Shown: positions 14,640 through 24,023, numbered from the stretch's first letter. The stretch: DNA of 64,000 nt from an uncultured Chloroflexia bacterium (GCA_963741085.1 CAVUGM010000003.1:267447-331446), one strand, 5' to 3'. The notes: generated by a model from the sequence alone, not told the origin. Program-made: numbers and translations.

Positions 14640-14958
14640 ATGCCGCGCCGTCGAACCGGGCGTGCCGCGGGGTCCGCCGTCCGCGCCATCCTGGCCGGGA
14701 CGCTCGTGCTGGGCGCCGTCGGCTCCTGCCAGATGCCCAGGCCGAAGATCCCCTCGATCGGGGCGCTGCCGACCGGGGCGCTCGAGCGACCGGGGCGCCG
14801 AACGCGACCGGGGCTCCGGGGACCGCGGCGTCAGGGACCGGGGCTCCTAACGCGACCGGGGCGCCGAACGCGACCGGGGCCTCGAACCCGACCGGGCGCC
14901 GAACCCGACCGGAGCACCGTCAGCGTCGAACCCGGCGCTCCGGGTCGACCCGGCCTGA
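14640..14958 (+). CDS. Putative small lipoprotein with a Gly/Ala/Pro/Asn/Thr tandem-repeat tail. It appears to need two frame changes.
   Basis: MPRRRTGRAAGSAVRAILAGTLVLGAVGSC is a signal peptide plus lipobox-like VGSC. GAPNATGAPGTAASGTGAPNATGAPNATGASNPTG is in the frame of ORF 14375..15256. APNPTGAPSASNPALRVDPA, then a stop at 14956-14958, is in the third frame. TACGAT at 14627-14632 lies 7 nt before the ATG. Confidence 0.35.
14771..14915. repeat. Tandem repeat of about 18 nt (core GACCGGGGCGCCGAACGC) inside the putative lipoprotein gene.
   Basis: GACCGGGG-type cores occur at about 14771, 14788, 14806, 14836, 14854 and 14872. Degenerate copies occur at 14821, 14891 and 14906. Confidence 0.7.
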
Positions 14959-14964
14959 TCGCCC

Positions 14965-15588
14965 ATGCCGACCGCTTTCGACACCGCCTACGCGAATGGC
15001 GGCGTGCCGACATGGGACATCGGCCGGCCACAGCCAGCGGTGGTCCGGCTTCTGGAGGCCGGGGCGTTCGGGGGCCCGGGCGCCCGGGTGCTGGACGTGG
15101 GCTGCGGGACCGGCCAGCACGCCCTCCTGCTTGCCGCGGCCGGCCAGCATGTGCTCGGCGTCGACCTCGCCGCGGAGGCGATCCGGCGAGCCCGGGAGGC
15201 CGCAGGGGCACCGACCCTCGAGCCGGCTCCGCGCTTCGTGGTCCACGACGCCCTAGACCTGCCGGCCGTCATTGCCGAGGAGCCCGGCCCCTTCGACGCG
15301 GCGCTCGACGTCGGCCTCTTCCACACCTTCTCGGATGCCGACCGGCCGCGCTACGTGGCAAGCCTCGCGGCGGCCGTCCGGCCCGGCGGTCGGGCCTTCG
15401 TCCTCTGCTGGAGCGACCGCAACGCGTTCGGGTTCGGGCCTCGGCGGGTCACGCGCCGCGAGATCCGGTCGATGTTCCGGGCGTCGACCGGCTGGCGCGT
15501 GGACGCGATCGAACCTGCCGAGCTCGCCTCACGCCTCCCCGGCGGGCGGGTCCACGCCTGGCTCGCCCGGCTGACCCGGCGCGACTGA
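14965..15588 (+). CDS. Class I SAM-dependent methyltransferase, intact.
   Basis: 207-aa ORF with the motif I sequence ARVLDVGCGTGQHALLLAAAGQHVLGVDLA, followed by FDAALDVGLFHTF. Confidence 0.85.
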   Translation: MPTAFDTAYANGGVPTWDIGRPQPAVVRLLEAGAFGGPGARVLDVGCGTGQHALLLAAAGQHVLGVDLAAEAIRRAREAAGAPTLEPAPRFVVHDALDLPAVIAEEPGPFDAALDVGLFHTFSDADRPRYVASLAAAVRPGGRAFVLCWSDRNAFGFGPRRVTRREIRSMFRASTGWRVDAIEPAELASRLPGGRVHAWLARLTRRD

Positions 15589-17443
15589 GGGACCACCCGG
15601 AGGCCATCGCAGCCCGCCCGACGCGGTGGCTGGTGCGACGTCCGCCGCGCCCCGGCCGCTGGCCGGCTCGGTCTCCCAGTCCTGCCAGCTGACGTCCGGG
15701 TGCCCGGCGAGGTACGCGCGCACGGTCATGCCGATCGTCGGGTGGAAGTGGTCGGCGCCGAGCCTCTCGAAGATCCCGTACGCCTGGAGCCGATCCTTGA
15801 CGTGCCCCTTCAGCTCCGAGAAATGAAGCTCCACGCCTTCCCGGGCGAGGTCCGTGATCAGCTCCTCGAGCATGTCGGCCGCCGTCGTGTCGATGTCGGT
15901 CATCGGCTCCGAGGCGATCGCCAGCCAGCGAGCCTTGGACGGGACGTGCCCGACCACGTCCAGGGCGTGCTCGCGGAAGAGCTCGGCGTTGGCAAAGAAG
16001 AGCGGCGCGTCCCAGCGGTAGAGGACCAGGCCGGGCACCTGGCGGGCGTCGGGATGACGCTCGATGTCGTGGTACCCCTTGTAGTTCACGACGCGGCCCA
16101 GGACCGCGTCGTGGGGCCGCCAGGCGCGGCGGATGAAGTTGAGCAGCGACAGCCCAACCGCGGCCGCGATCCCCGGCAGGGCGCCAAAGAGGACCACGGT
16201 GAGGAAGGCGACAAGGGCGAGTCCGAGCTCCGAACGGCGCTGGGCCCAGAGTCGCCGCAGCCCCTCGAGATCGAGGAGGCTGAGGACGGCCGAGATCACG
16301 ATCGCGGCCAGGGCGGCGGTGGGAACCGGTGCCAGCAGCCCCGGGACGAGCATGAGCAGCGCGAGGATCGCACCAGCGCCGACGAGCCCGGTGACCTGGG
16401 TGCGAGCTCCGGCCGACTCCGCCACCGGCGTCCGGGTGGCGCTTCCACTGGAGGCGAATCCGCCCACCAGCCCGGCCGCCACGTTCACGACCCCCAGGGC
16501 TGCCAGCTCATGGTCGGCGTTGACGCGCTCGCCGCGACGGGCGGCGAACGTGTGCGAGATGACGCTCGTGTCGGCGAAGGCGATGAGGGCGATCCCGATG
16601 CGCCGTCGGGAAAAGGGTGACGAGATCATCCAACGAGACGGGTGGGAGGCCCAGGGCCGGCAAGCCGTGGGGTACCTCGCCCACCACCTTCAGCTGTGAC
16701 TGGAGGCCGAAGGCGTAGACCACGAGGCCGGCGGCGGTGATGGAGACGAGGACACCCGGGATGCGCGGGTTGACCCGCCGCAGGCCGAGGATCAGGGCCA
16801 GGCTGGCGATGCCGATGGCCGCCGCGACGGGCACGACCTCTCCGTTCGCGATCCCCTTGACGAGCCCCTCGATCCCGCCGACGACGTCGCTGGCGGTCAC
16901 CGAGAAGCCGAGGAGCTTCGGGAGCTGGCTCACCAGGATGGTGATGGCGATCCCGTTCATGTAGCCGACCCGGATCGGCCGGGAGAGCAGGTCGGTGATA
17001 AAGCCGAGGCGGGCGAGGGAGGCGGCGAGGCACAGGATCCCGACCATGATCGCCAGCGCCGCGGCCAGGGCGATTGCGCGGGTCGGGTCGCCGGCCGCGA
17101 GGGGCACCACGGCGGCCGCAACCAGCGGCAGGAGCGCCGAGTCGGGCCCGAAGACGAGGATCCGCGACGGCCCGACCAGGAAGTAGGCGACGAGGGCGCC
17201 GATGGAGGCGTACAGGCCGGCGATCGCCGGCAGCCCGGCCGCCTCGGCATAGCCCATCCCGACGGGAACGAGCAGGGCCGACAGGGTCAGGCCGGCGACG
17301 ACGTCGTCCCGCAGCCAGCCCGGCGAGTACTCGCGCAGGCGGCCGATCGTCGGCAAGGCCTCCGCGAGGAATGCCCGAGCGCGGTGCGACGGGCCGGCAT
17401 CCGCCGCCGGAACCGCCCCGGGTTCAGGCTCGTCCATGCCCAC
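15529..17443 (-). pseudogene. SulP-family anion (sulfate) permease with a C-terminal STAS domain. One frameshift near 16600.
   Basis: The N-terminal half is ORF 16508..17443 (LREYSPGWLRDDVVAGLTLSALLVPVGMGYAEAAGLP...GPSRILVFGPDSAL). The C-terminal half is ORF 15529..16629 (FADTSVISHTFAARRGERVNADHELAALGVVNVAAG...; STAS: LVLYRWDAPLFFANAELF...VELHFSELKGHVKDRL). The 3' end overlaps the convergent methyltransferase by 60 nt. Confidence 0.85.
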
Positions 17444-17541
17444 GCCCCGCAGCGCGCGACGGATCCTCGGCCGCCGCGATCACGGGCATCATGACGCCCG
17501 GCCGACCGGCCTGCACCCTCCCGGGGAGGCCGGCCCGGCCC

Positions 17542-19035
17542 TCAGGCCTTCGGAGTCGTCACCCTCCCCTCCTCGATCGCCGCGAGGTAGGTCGCATAGT
17601 CGCGGGCGTTGACGTCGGCATACGTCTCCGAGAAGTCGGCGATGGCGCCATCGAAGCGGTCGCCCAGCCCGAGGTAGGCCGAGATCGCCGCTGCGTCGCC
17701 GGTGCGCGCATGCGCCCGCGCCAGCGACCAGCCGCAGAGGCCGCCGTAGAACCCGAGGCCCGGGGGCAGGATGGTGGTCGTGTCCACCGAGCCCTTCATG
17801 TCCCACAGCTGGCGCAGGTAGAAGTCGCGCCCGCCCGGGCCCTTGGTCCAGCCCAGGAAGATGTCCGACGTCGCCTGCATGAGCTGCTGGCCGATGACGA
17901 CCCGCTGGGCGTGGCTGGCATGCCCGCTCTTCTTGACGTACGGCTCCAGGACCGACGCCGTCGCCTCCTTGGCCTGCAGGATGAGCGGGTCGTGCTCGTC
18001 CCGGCCCTCGAGGACGAGGATGAAGCAGCGCGTCCCGACGCTCCCCACGCCGACGACCTTGAGGGCCCAGTCCACGAACCGGTAGCGCTCCAGGAAATCG
18101 CGCCGGTTCTCGGGCATCGTGGCCCGGTAGTCGGTGAAGACCTTCTCGAACGACGCCGTGCCGCCCGGCATCTCGACGTGGGTGACCACGGGCGGGTCCT
18201 CGAGGATCACCCGCCGCCCGTCGACGACCCCCGTGAGCGACTCGAAGGCGCGCATGCCGTCCCGCTGGCGGGCCTTGCTGAAGATCCTCTCGAGCCGGGC
18301 GCGGCGCTCAGCACCCGAACGGCCCGCGAGCAGGCCGCTCGCCTCGCCCGCCTCCCGGATGTCGGCGTCCGTGATCTGCGCGTACCAGACGTCAAGCAGG
18401 CGCATGCCGGCATAGCGGGCCATCCACTGGCGGTAGCCACGGACGGTGGCCATCGCGGCCTCCCGGTTCTGGGCGGCAGTGAAGCCGTTGGCGCGCCCGG
18501 CGATGACGATGCTCGCGGCGAGGCGTTTGACGTCCCACTCCCAGGGTGCGGGCAGCGTCTCGTCGAAGTCGTTGGCGTCGAAGACGAGGGTCCGCTCGGG
18601 GCTGGCGAAGAGACCGAAGTTGGAGAGGTGGGCATCGCCGCTGGCCTGGACGATGATGTCGGTTCGCGGCGTGGAGGCCAGGTCGAAGGCCAGGACAGCG
18701 GGCGTGCCCCGGTAGTAGGCGAAGGGCGACTCGGCCATCCGCTCGTGGCGCAGCGGCACGAGCTCGGGGAGCCGGTCCTCTTCCTGCGCCTCCAGGATGG
18801 CGATCGGGTCGCGCCCCGGCGCCGGCTCGAAGGCGGCGTGGCTCGTGCGCGGGACGCGCTTGCGGGCCTCCCTGCCCGTTGCCGCGCGTTCCTCCGGGTT
18901 GACCCACGGCCGTGCCGTCCAGGTCGGACCCTGGGCCGGGAGATCGGCCGTCCAGGCGGCGTCGTACACCGCTGCGGTCGCCTTGTCCGGGACGGTCCTG
19001 CGCGACCGCCTCACCGGCCTGGTCGGTTCGGTCAT
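17542..19035 (-). CDS. DUF2252-family protein, intact.
   Basis: 497-aa ORF. It contains LVPLRHERMAESPFAYYRGTPAVLAFDLA, GDAHLSNFGLFASPERTLVFDANDFDETLPAPWEWDVKRLAAS and RQLWDMKGS. Confidence 0.85.
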   Translation of the reverse strand: MTEPTRPVRRSRRTVPDKATAAVYDAAWTADLPAQGPTWTARPWVNPEERAATGREARKRVPRTSHAAFEPAPGRDPIAILEAQEEDRLPELVPLRHERMAESPFAYYRGTPAVLAFDLASTPRTDIIVQASGDAHLSNFGLFASPERTLVFDANDFDETLPAPWEWDVKRLAASIVIAGRANGFTAAQNREAAMATVRGYRQWMARYAGMRLLDVWYAQITDADIREAGEASGLLAGRSGAERRARLERIFSKARQRDGMRAFESLTGVVDGRRVILEDPPVVTHVEMPGGTASFEKVFTDYRATMPENRRDFLERYRFVDWALKVVGVGSVGTRCFILVLEGRDEHDPLILQAKEATASVLEPYVKKSGHASHAQRVVIGQQLMQATSDIFLGWTKGPGGRDFYLRQLWDMKGSVDTTTILPPGLGFYGGLCGWSLARAHARTGDAAAISAYLGLGDRFDGAIADFSETYADVNARDYATYLAAIEEGRVTTPKA

Positions 19036-19048
19036 GGCTCGTTCCTCT

Positions 19049-20098
19049 TCATGGTGCCGCGGTCGCCCGCTCGTGCGCCACGGCAGTGTAGTTGACGTTC
19101 AACTCCACGGGTGCCCCGAACGCCAGCGCGAGGTTCGTGGCGAGCGCGGCGGTCGAGGCGGGCGCGTCCGATCCGGCAAGGTTCAGCGTGACGGTGTCGC
19201 CGGCGATCGAGTAGGAGGTGACGACGAGGTCGCGGCCACCGATCCAGGCTCGCACGATCGGCGCGCCGGTCGTGCTCCTGATCATTGCCTGGGCCGTCTC
19301 GTACCCGTGCGAGGCGAGCGGGATCGCGACGAGGACGAGGAGGACGACCGCGGCGATGAAGCCGTTGCGGAGCCGGTGGCGCTCGCGGAGCATCTCCCGG
19401 CTGGGGACGGCCCCGAGGAGGACGAAGACGACGCAGGCTATCACCATGATCGCGGAGAAGTTCGTGAGGAAGAGTACGAGCGCCCCGCCCGCGTCGTCGA
19501 CGCGGCCGAGCTGGAGGCAGATCCCCACCGTCGCCAGCGGCGGCACGAGGGAGACCGCGATTGCGACTCCCGGCAGGGCGTCGCTCCCGGTCCGGCGCGC
19601 CGCGACGTAGGCCCCCGCTGCCCCGGCCGCGAGAGCGACGCCCAGATCGAGGAGGCCGGGCGAGGTGCGTGCGGCGAGCGATGGCGTCAGGGTCAGCAGG
19701 CTGGGCAGGACCCACGCAACGACGTAACCAATGACCACGACCATCAGGCTGCCCAGCGCGACCTGCAGGAAGGAGATCGTCTGCCAGCGGGTGCGGCCGG
19801 TCACGAGGGCCCCCGCGAAGGCCATGATGGCGCCGCCAAGTGGGGCCACGACCATCGCCCCGATGATCGAGGCCACCGAATCCTGGTAGAGCCCGAAGGA
19901 CGCGATCAGGCCCGCCAGCGCCAGGAGGACCGTGTAGGTCTGCAGCGAGCGGCGGAACGAGCGCTCGTACGGGAAGAGGTCGTCGAGCATCGCCGGACCG
20001 AGCGACTGCCGGGCGTCGACCAGGGTCACCGCCGGCGGCGCGGCATCGGTGCGCGCCAGGATTGGGCTGCCCTCGTCCCTGCCCGGATCGCCCGTCAT
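19049..20098 (-). CDS. DUF389-family integral membrane protein, intact.
   Basis: 349-aa ORF with multiple TM helices. It contains SIIGAMVVAPLGGAIMAFAGALV and the repeated half ALPGVAIAVSLVPPLATVGICL. Confidence 0.8.
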   Translation of the reverse strand: MTGDPGRDEGSPILARTDAAPPAVTLVDARQSLGPAMLDDLFPYERSFRRSLQTYTVLLALAGLIASFGLYQDSVASIIGAMVVAPLGGAIMAFAGALVTGRTRWQTISFLQVALGSLMVVVIGYVVAWVLPSLLTLTPSLAARTSPGLLDLGVALAAGAAGAYVAARRTGSDALPGVAIAVSLVPPLATVGICLQLGRVDDAGGALVLFLTNFSAIMVIACVVFVLLGAVPSREMLRERHRLRNGFIAAVVLLVLVAIPLASHGYETAQAMIRSTTGAPIVRAWIGGRDLVVTSYSIAGDTVTLNLAGSDAPASTAALATNLALAFGAPVELNVNYTAVAHERATAAP

Positions 20099-20240
20099 TC
20101 GACTCCCTCCGTCCGTCAGCTTGTCAGCAGCGCCGTCGCGAGCTCGAGCACGGCCGGCACCTACGGTAGCGCGCTCCCGGCGCGCAGGCGGGGCCTTCCG
20201 CGCCGGCGGAGCCCTCGTGGGCGCGCACGACTGCGTGAGC

Positions 20241-21530
20241 TCAGGCCTGTTGGGCTCCCGGCCGCGGCGTCGTCCGGCTGAACACGCCCTCCTTGGGGAC
20301 CTCGGCCGCCTCAGGGATTCCCGGGTCCGCCGCGACTACCCGGGCGAACCAGCTGGCGTACCGGCGGGCTCCCCAGGCCGCGCTCATGCCGTGAGCCACG
20401 AGGCTGAACGCAACCGTGAGCAGCACCACATCGGTGATCCTGTCGGCGTTCGGGACTGCCTGCTCGACGACGAGCCCGGCGAACACGATCGACGCGAGGC
20501 CGCGCGGCCCGAACCACCCGACGTAGGCGACCGTGGGCCGAGAGAGCCGCGTCCCCAGCACCGAGATCGCGACCGGGACGAGGCGGACGAGGGTCAGGCT
20601 GAGCGCCGCGTACGCGACGGCCTGGGGCGTCGCCCGCCCGAGCACAGGCCCGAGCAGTCCGGCCCCAAGCATCAGGAAGGCGACGGCCGTGAGGACGTCG
20701 GCCAGCTCCTCGGGCAGGTGGAACGCCGCGTCCTCCACGTGGTTCCTGACCACCGCGCCGGCGGCAAGTCCGGCGACCCAGACGGCGAGGAACCCGCTTG
20801 CCTCGACCTGGTCGGCCACGACGTATGTGCCGACTGCCATCGCCACCAGCGCGATCGACTGCCACGGTGCGGCGGCGAAGCCCCGCTCCGAGGCAACCCG
20901 GATCAGCCAGCCGCCGCCGACCCCGGCCACGAGCCCGATGAGCGAGGAGCCGCCGAGTGCCACGAGCAGCACCTGCCCGGCGCGCAGCTCGGTCTCCGCG
21001 CCGCCGGCCACGAGCCCGAGCGTGATGAAGATGCTCACGAAGGGCAGGGCGAGCCCGTCGTTGAGTCCGCTCTCGACATTCAGGGAGTTGCGGATGAGAG
21101 CCGGAACCCTCGGGTTCGCGACGACGGCTTGGCCGAGGGCGGCGTCCGTGGGGGCGAGCATGACCCCGATGAGGGCTGCCTCCCACGGCGCGATGCCGGC
21201 GAAGAGCACGGCGGCCGCGAGCGCGCCCGCCAGCATCGTGAGCGGCAGGCCGATGCCGAGAAGCCGCCCGGAGAGGCTTGGCTCACTCGTCCAGCGCCGG
21301 ATGTCGAGCCCCGAGGCGTCGGCGAAGAGGACCGCCACGAGCGCCGACTTCAGGATCAGGCTCAGGAGGTCGTCGTTGGTCGCCACGCGCACCAGGCCGA
21401 GCACGGGCCCGGCGACGAAGCCGGCAAGGGCGAAGAAGATCGGGGCCGTGATGATCGTGGATGCCAGCCGCCGCGACACGAGCGCGTAGGCGAGCAGCGT
21501 GCCTGCCACGAAGACCAGCGGCTGGACCAC
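20241..21530 (-). CDS. Cation:proton antiporter (CPA1, Na+/H+ exchanger family), intact.
   Basis: 429-aa polytopic ORF. It contains GVMLAPTDAALGQAVVANPRVPALIRNSLNVESGLNDGLALPF and WFGPRGLASIVFAGL. Confidence 0.85.
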   Translation of the reverse strand: MVQPLVFVAGTLLAYALVSRRLASTIITAPIFFALAGFVAGPVLGLVRVATNDDLLSLILKSALVAVLFADASGLDIRRWTSEPSLSGRLLGIGLPLTMLAGALAAAVLFAGIAPWEAALIGVMLAPTDAALGQAVVANPRVPALIRNSLNVESGLNDGLALPFVSIFITLGLVAGGAETELRAGQVLLVALGGSSLIGLVAGVGGGWLIRVASERGFAAAPWQSIALVAMAVGTYVVADQVEASGFLAVWVAGLAAGAVVRNHVEDAAFHLPEELADVLTAVAFLMLGAGLLGPVLGRATPQAVAYAALSLTLVRLVPVAISVLGTRLSRPTVAYVGWFGPRGLASIVFAGLVVEQAVPNADRITDVVLLTVAFSLVAHGMSAAWGARRYASWFARVVAADPGIPEAAEVPKEGVFSRTTPRPGAQQA

Positions 21531-21631
21531 CCGCGCGCTCCCTTCTCCCGGCCCACCGTCCGTGCACCCTACACCGACAGATCAGATCTGCGCGTGCCGT
21601 GGGCGCGGCGACTCCAATGGCCCGCGACGCT

Positions 21632-23026
21632 TCAGCCGCCGCCGTGGCAGTGCTTCACCTTGCGGCCACTGCCGCACGGGCACGGGTCGTTGCGGCCCGC
21701 CCCCGCGGCCGCTGCCCGCAGCCGCTCATCCTCGGCCGCATACCAGGCGATCATCTCGGAGGGGGCGCGACCGCGGCGCAGGAGGTCCGACATCATCCGC
21801 ATCGGCCGGTCGATATGGCCGAAGAAGGCCTTGTACCCGGCGCACAGGTAGTTGAGCCCCGGATCCCCGTCCGGTGTCTCGATGAAGCGGTCCTTCGGGC
21901 AACCGCCGTGGCAGGCGAAGCGGACTTCGCACTCGCGGCAGTAGCGCGGCAGAGTGTCGCGTTTGGCGAGCCCGAACCTGCGCTGCCGATCCGAGGCCAC
22001 CAGCTCGGCCATCGGCGTCTCGGTGATGTTGCCGAGCCGGTAGTCCTCCTCGACGAAGTGGTCGCACGAGTAGAGATCGCCGTTGTGTTCCAGGGCCAGG
22101 GCGGTGCCGCAGGTCTCCGAGTGGATGCACAGCGTCGGCGGCTCACCGTGCCAGTTCGCCAGGGCGACGTCGAACATCTGGACGTAGACCTCGCCGACGT
22201 CCCGCCGGACCCACTCCTCGAAGACCCCGATCAGGAAGCGGCCGTACTGCTCGGCCGTGACGGAGCGGTCGGTGACGAGGCTCCCCTCCTGGCGGTAGAG
22301 CGGCCGGTCGCGCCACGAGCGCCACGGCGCCTCCCGGGCCAGGCCCGGCGAGAGGCCCAGCTCCGCGAGCGGCACGTCGATGCGGGGAGCCGCCAGGCGC
22401 TCGATGATCGGGATGAACTGCATGAATCGGGCCCCGCATTCGTCGCGCAGGAAGCGGTAGACCTCGACCGGGTGGTCGGCGTTCGCCCTGTGGAGGGTCG
22501 TGAGCGCGTTGTATTCGACCCCGTGCGCCCGCAGGCGTTCGAGTCCGCGCCGCACTCGCTCGAACGTCGGAGCACCGCCCTTGTCGACGCGGTACGCGTC
22601 GTGCATTGCCGGCGGGCCGTCGATGCTGATCCCGACGAGGTAGTCCTGCTCTTTGAAGAAGGCTGCCATCTCGTCGTCGATCAGGGTGCCGTTCGTCTGG
22701 ATCGTGTACTCGACCGTCATCCCCGGCCGACGGTGCTTCTCAACGTACGCAGTAGCCCGGCGAAAGAAGTCGACGCCCATCATCGTCGGCTCGCCGCCCT
22801 GCCAGGCGATCGTGACGTACGGGATCCGGTGCGCCTCGATGAGCTGCCGGATGTAGGCCTCGAGCAGCTCGTCGGCCATCCTGAAGCGGCTGCCTGGGTA
22901 GAGCATCTCCTTGGACAGGAAGAAGCAGTACTCGCAGTCGAGGTTGCAGGTGGCCCCGGTTGGCTTCGCCAGCAGGTGGAAGGCCGGCGGGCCCTCGTGC
23001 GACGGGGACGTCCCCGCCGGGCTCAC
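21632..23026 (-). CDS. Anaerobic sulfatase-maturating enzyme (radical SAM/SPASM) with a C-terminal SEC-C motif, intact.
   Basis: Contains KPTGATCNLDCEYCFF (CxxxCxxC), WQGGEPTMMGVDFF, the SPASM cysteines CIHSETCGTALALEHNGDLYSCDHF / YCRECEVRFACHGGCPKDR, and the tail NDPCPCGSGRKVKHCHGGG. The GTG start at 23026 overlaps the stop of the upstream small ORF (GTGA). Confidence 0.9.
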   Translation of the reverse strand: MSPAGTSPSHEGPPAFHLLAKPTGATCNLDCEYCFFLSKEMLYPGSRFRMADELLEAYIRQLIEAHRIPYVTIAWQGGEPTMMGVDFFRRATAYVEKHRRPGMTVEYTIQTNGTLIDDEMAAFFKEQDYLVGISIDGPPAMHDAYRVDKGGAPTFERVRRGLERLRAHGVEYNALTTLHRANADHPVEVYRFLRDECGARFMQFIPIIERLAAPRIDVPLAELGLSPGLAREAPWRSWRDRPLYRQEGSLVTDRSVTAEQYGRFLIGVFEEWVRRDVGEVYVQMFDVALANWHGEPPTLCIHSETCGTALALEHNGDLYSCDHFVEEDYRLGNITETPMAELVASDRQRRFGLAKRDTLPRYCRECEVRFACHGGCPKDRFIETPDGDPGLNYLCAGYKAFFGHIDRPMRMMSDLLRRGRAPSEMIAWYAAEDERLRAAAAGAGRNDPCPCGSGRKVKHCHGGG

Positions 23027-23250
23027 GTGGACCCCCCAACCGCAGTCCGCGTGCCCTGGCGCGTGGCGAACGCGGCGAGGAGGGAGGGCTGAGCGATCAT
23101 CACGACCGCCACCGCGAGAACTGCCACGACGACGTGGACGTCCGGGTGGACCGGCCTGGCGGCCGTGACGGCCTCGTCCGCATCGATGCCGTCACCGGCG
23201 GCGGACGGCAGCGACGGGGCGCGGGTCAGGTCACCGGCAAGCTCCCCCAC
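23023..23250 (-). CDS. Hypothetical 75-aa single-TM protein, translationally coupled to the maturase.
   Basis: The GTG at 23250 is preceded by GGGGAGGG. GC3 is very high across the ORF. The hydrophobic helix is VHVVVAVLAVAVVMIAQPSLLAAFA. The TGA at 23023-23025 overlaps the maturase GTG. Confidence 0.4.
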   Translation of the reverse strand: MGELAGDLTRAPSLPSAAGDGIDADEAVTAARPVHPDVHVVVAVLAVAVVMIAQPSLLAAFATRQGTRTAVGGST

Positions 23251-23304
23251 CTCGCCCTCCCCATGCGACAGCCCCGGCCGGTCGACCGGAGTCCGGGCAT
23301 TGTG

Positions 23305-23331
23305 TCACCGGCCGGCGACGCCGGCCGGTGA
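23305..23331 (-). terminator. Perfect 11-bp GC-rich hairpin (TCACCGGCCGG-CGACG-CCGGCCGGTGA) downstream of the repeat-peptide gene.
   Basis: Arms at 23305-23315 and 23321-23331 are exact reverse complements. A second 7-bp hairpin, CGAGGCG-TGT-CGCCTCG, lies at 23352-23368. There is no U-tract, which is common in high-GC genomes. Confidence 0.45.
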
Positions 23332-23380
23332 CCTCGGGCAGCCGGGCAGGGCGAGGCGTGTCGCCTCGGGTTCGCGGCGC

Positions 23381-23563
23381 CTAGAAGCGGCGGCGACCAG
23401 GCGACGCGACCGCGCCGACGACCGCCACCTTCGCGACCGGCGACGGGCCGGGCTTGGCGACGGCCGACCCGACGACGGCTGCCTTGGCGACCGGCGACGG
23501 GCCCGGCGTGACGGCTGCGGTGACGACCGCGGCCTTGGCGACACGAGAAGGTCGAAGCGGCAT
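23381..23563 (-). CDS. Hypothetical 60-aa protein made of three VAKAAVV...PGPSP repeats.
   Basis: Sequence: MPLRPSRVAKAAVVTAAVTPGPSPVAKAAVVGSAVAKPGPSPVAKVAVVGAVASPGRRRF. A GAAGGAG RBS lies 7 nt upstream of ATG 23563. That ATG sits 1 nt after the stop of the preceding gene (TGACATG). Confidence 0.55.
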   Translation of the reverse strand: MPLRPSRVAKAAVVTAAVTPGPSPVAKAAVVGSAVAKPGPSPVAKVAVVGAVASPGRRRF

Positions 23564-23564
23564 G

Positions 23565-24023
23565 TCAGACTCCTTCAGCCATGAGGGCCTCATCCGCCTC
23601 GACGGCGGCGATGATGGCCTGGATGGGGATCCGGCCGTTGGCGATCAGGTGGCCGCCGGCATGACGGACGGCCGCCCCGAATGGCGCCGCCCACAGGTTC
23701 TCGACCACGAGCACGGCACCCAGGCTCCCGGGCGACATGACCTCGCCGAACTTGAGGACGTCCTCTTCTGCCAGGGTCTCGGCCAGCTCGGTCTCGAGCC
23801 GGGCGAACTCGCCCATATCCTCGAGGTCGCCCAGCTCCTGGGCCATGACGGTCCCGTCGAGGCCCTTGCCGATGATGACCAGGTCCATGACCCGGATGAT
23901 CCCGGCATCGTGCAGCCGGAGCAGCTCCTCGGCGGCCGCGCCGGTGAAGTTCTGTTCCCCGGCCGGGAATTCGACCACCAGGTAGTCGATGGGTCCCAGC
24001 TCATCGAGCGAACGTTCAGTCAC
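23565..24023 (-). CDS. Uncharacterised soluble protein. It looks DUF6325-like, but I recall the family name from memory and am not certain of it. It is related in pattern to the N-terminal module of DUF1269.
   Basis: The GTG at 24023 is preceded by GGAAAGGGAGAA. Sequence: VTERSLDELGPIDYLVVEFPAGEQNFTGAAAEELLRLHDAGIIRVMDLVIIGKGLDGTVMAQEL...VLVVENLWAAPFGAAVRHAGGHLIANGRIP. Confidence 0.7.
   Translation of the reverse strand: MTERSLDELGPIDYLVVEFPAGEQNFTGAAAEELLRLHDAGIIRVMDLVIIGKGLDGTVMAQELGDLEDMGEFARLETELAETLAEEDVLKFGEVMSPGSLGAVLVVENLWAAPFGAAVRHAGGHLIANGRIPIQAIIAAVEADEALMAEGV

Noticed and set aside
15529-15588. 60-nt convergent overlap of the SulP and methyltransferase 3' ends as a regulatory antisense feature
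   Set aside because: It is more likely that the SulP tail (Gly/Pro/Ala-rich, ...PGQPGEPGVDPPAGEA) is over-extended. The cause would be a missed stop or indel in a gene that already has one frameshift.
17074-19095. 673-aa + strand ORF
   Set aside because: It is an antisense shadow of the DUF2252 gene. The composition is Arg/Pro/Gly/Ala-rich with no recognisable motif, whereas the minus-strand frame carries the full family signature. Open antisense frames of this kind are expected at this GC content.
21461-23092. 543-aa + strand ORF
   Set aside because: It is antisense to the radical-SAM maturase, and it has no motifs.
21632-23563. RiPP interpretation: radical-SAM/SPASM enzyme acting on the adjacent 60-aa repeat peptide or the 75-aa mini-ORF
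   Set aside because: Two Cys-type sulfatases with CSPTR motifs flank the enzyme, and its sequence follows the anSME pattern. Sulfatase maturation is therefore the parsimonious role. The 60-aa peptide has no Cys or Ser in a CxPxR-like context, and two hairpins separate it from the maturase. I keep this only as a remote possibility.
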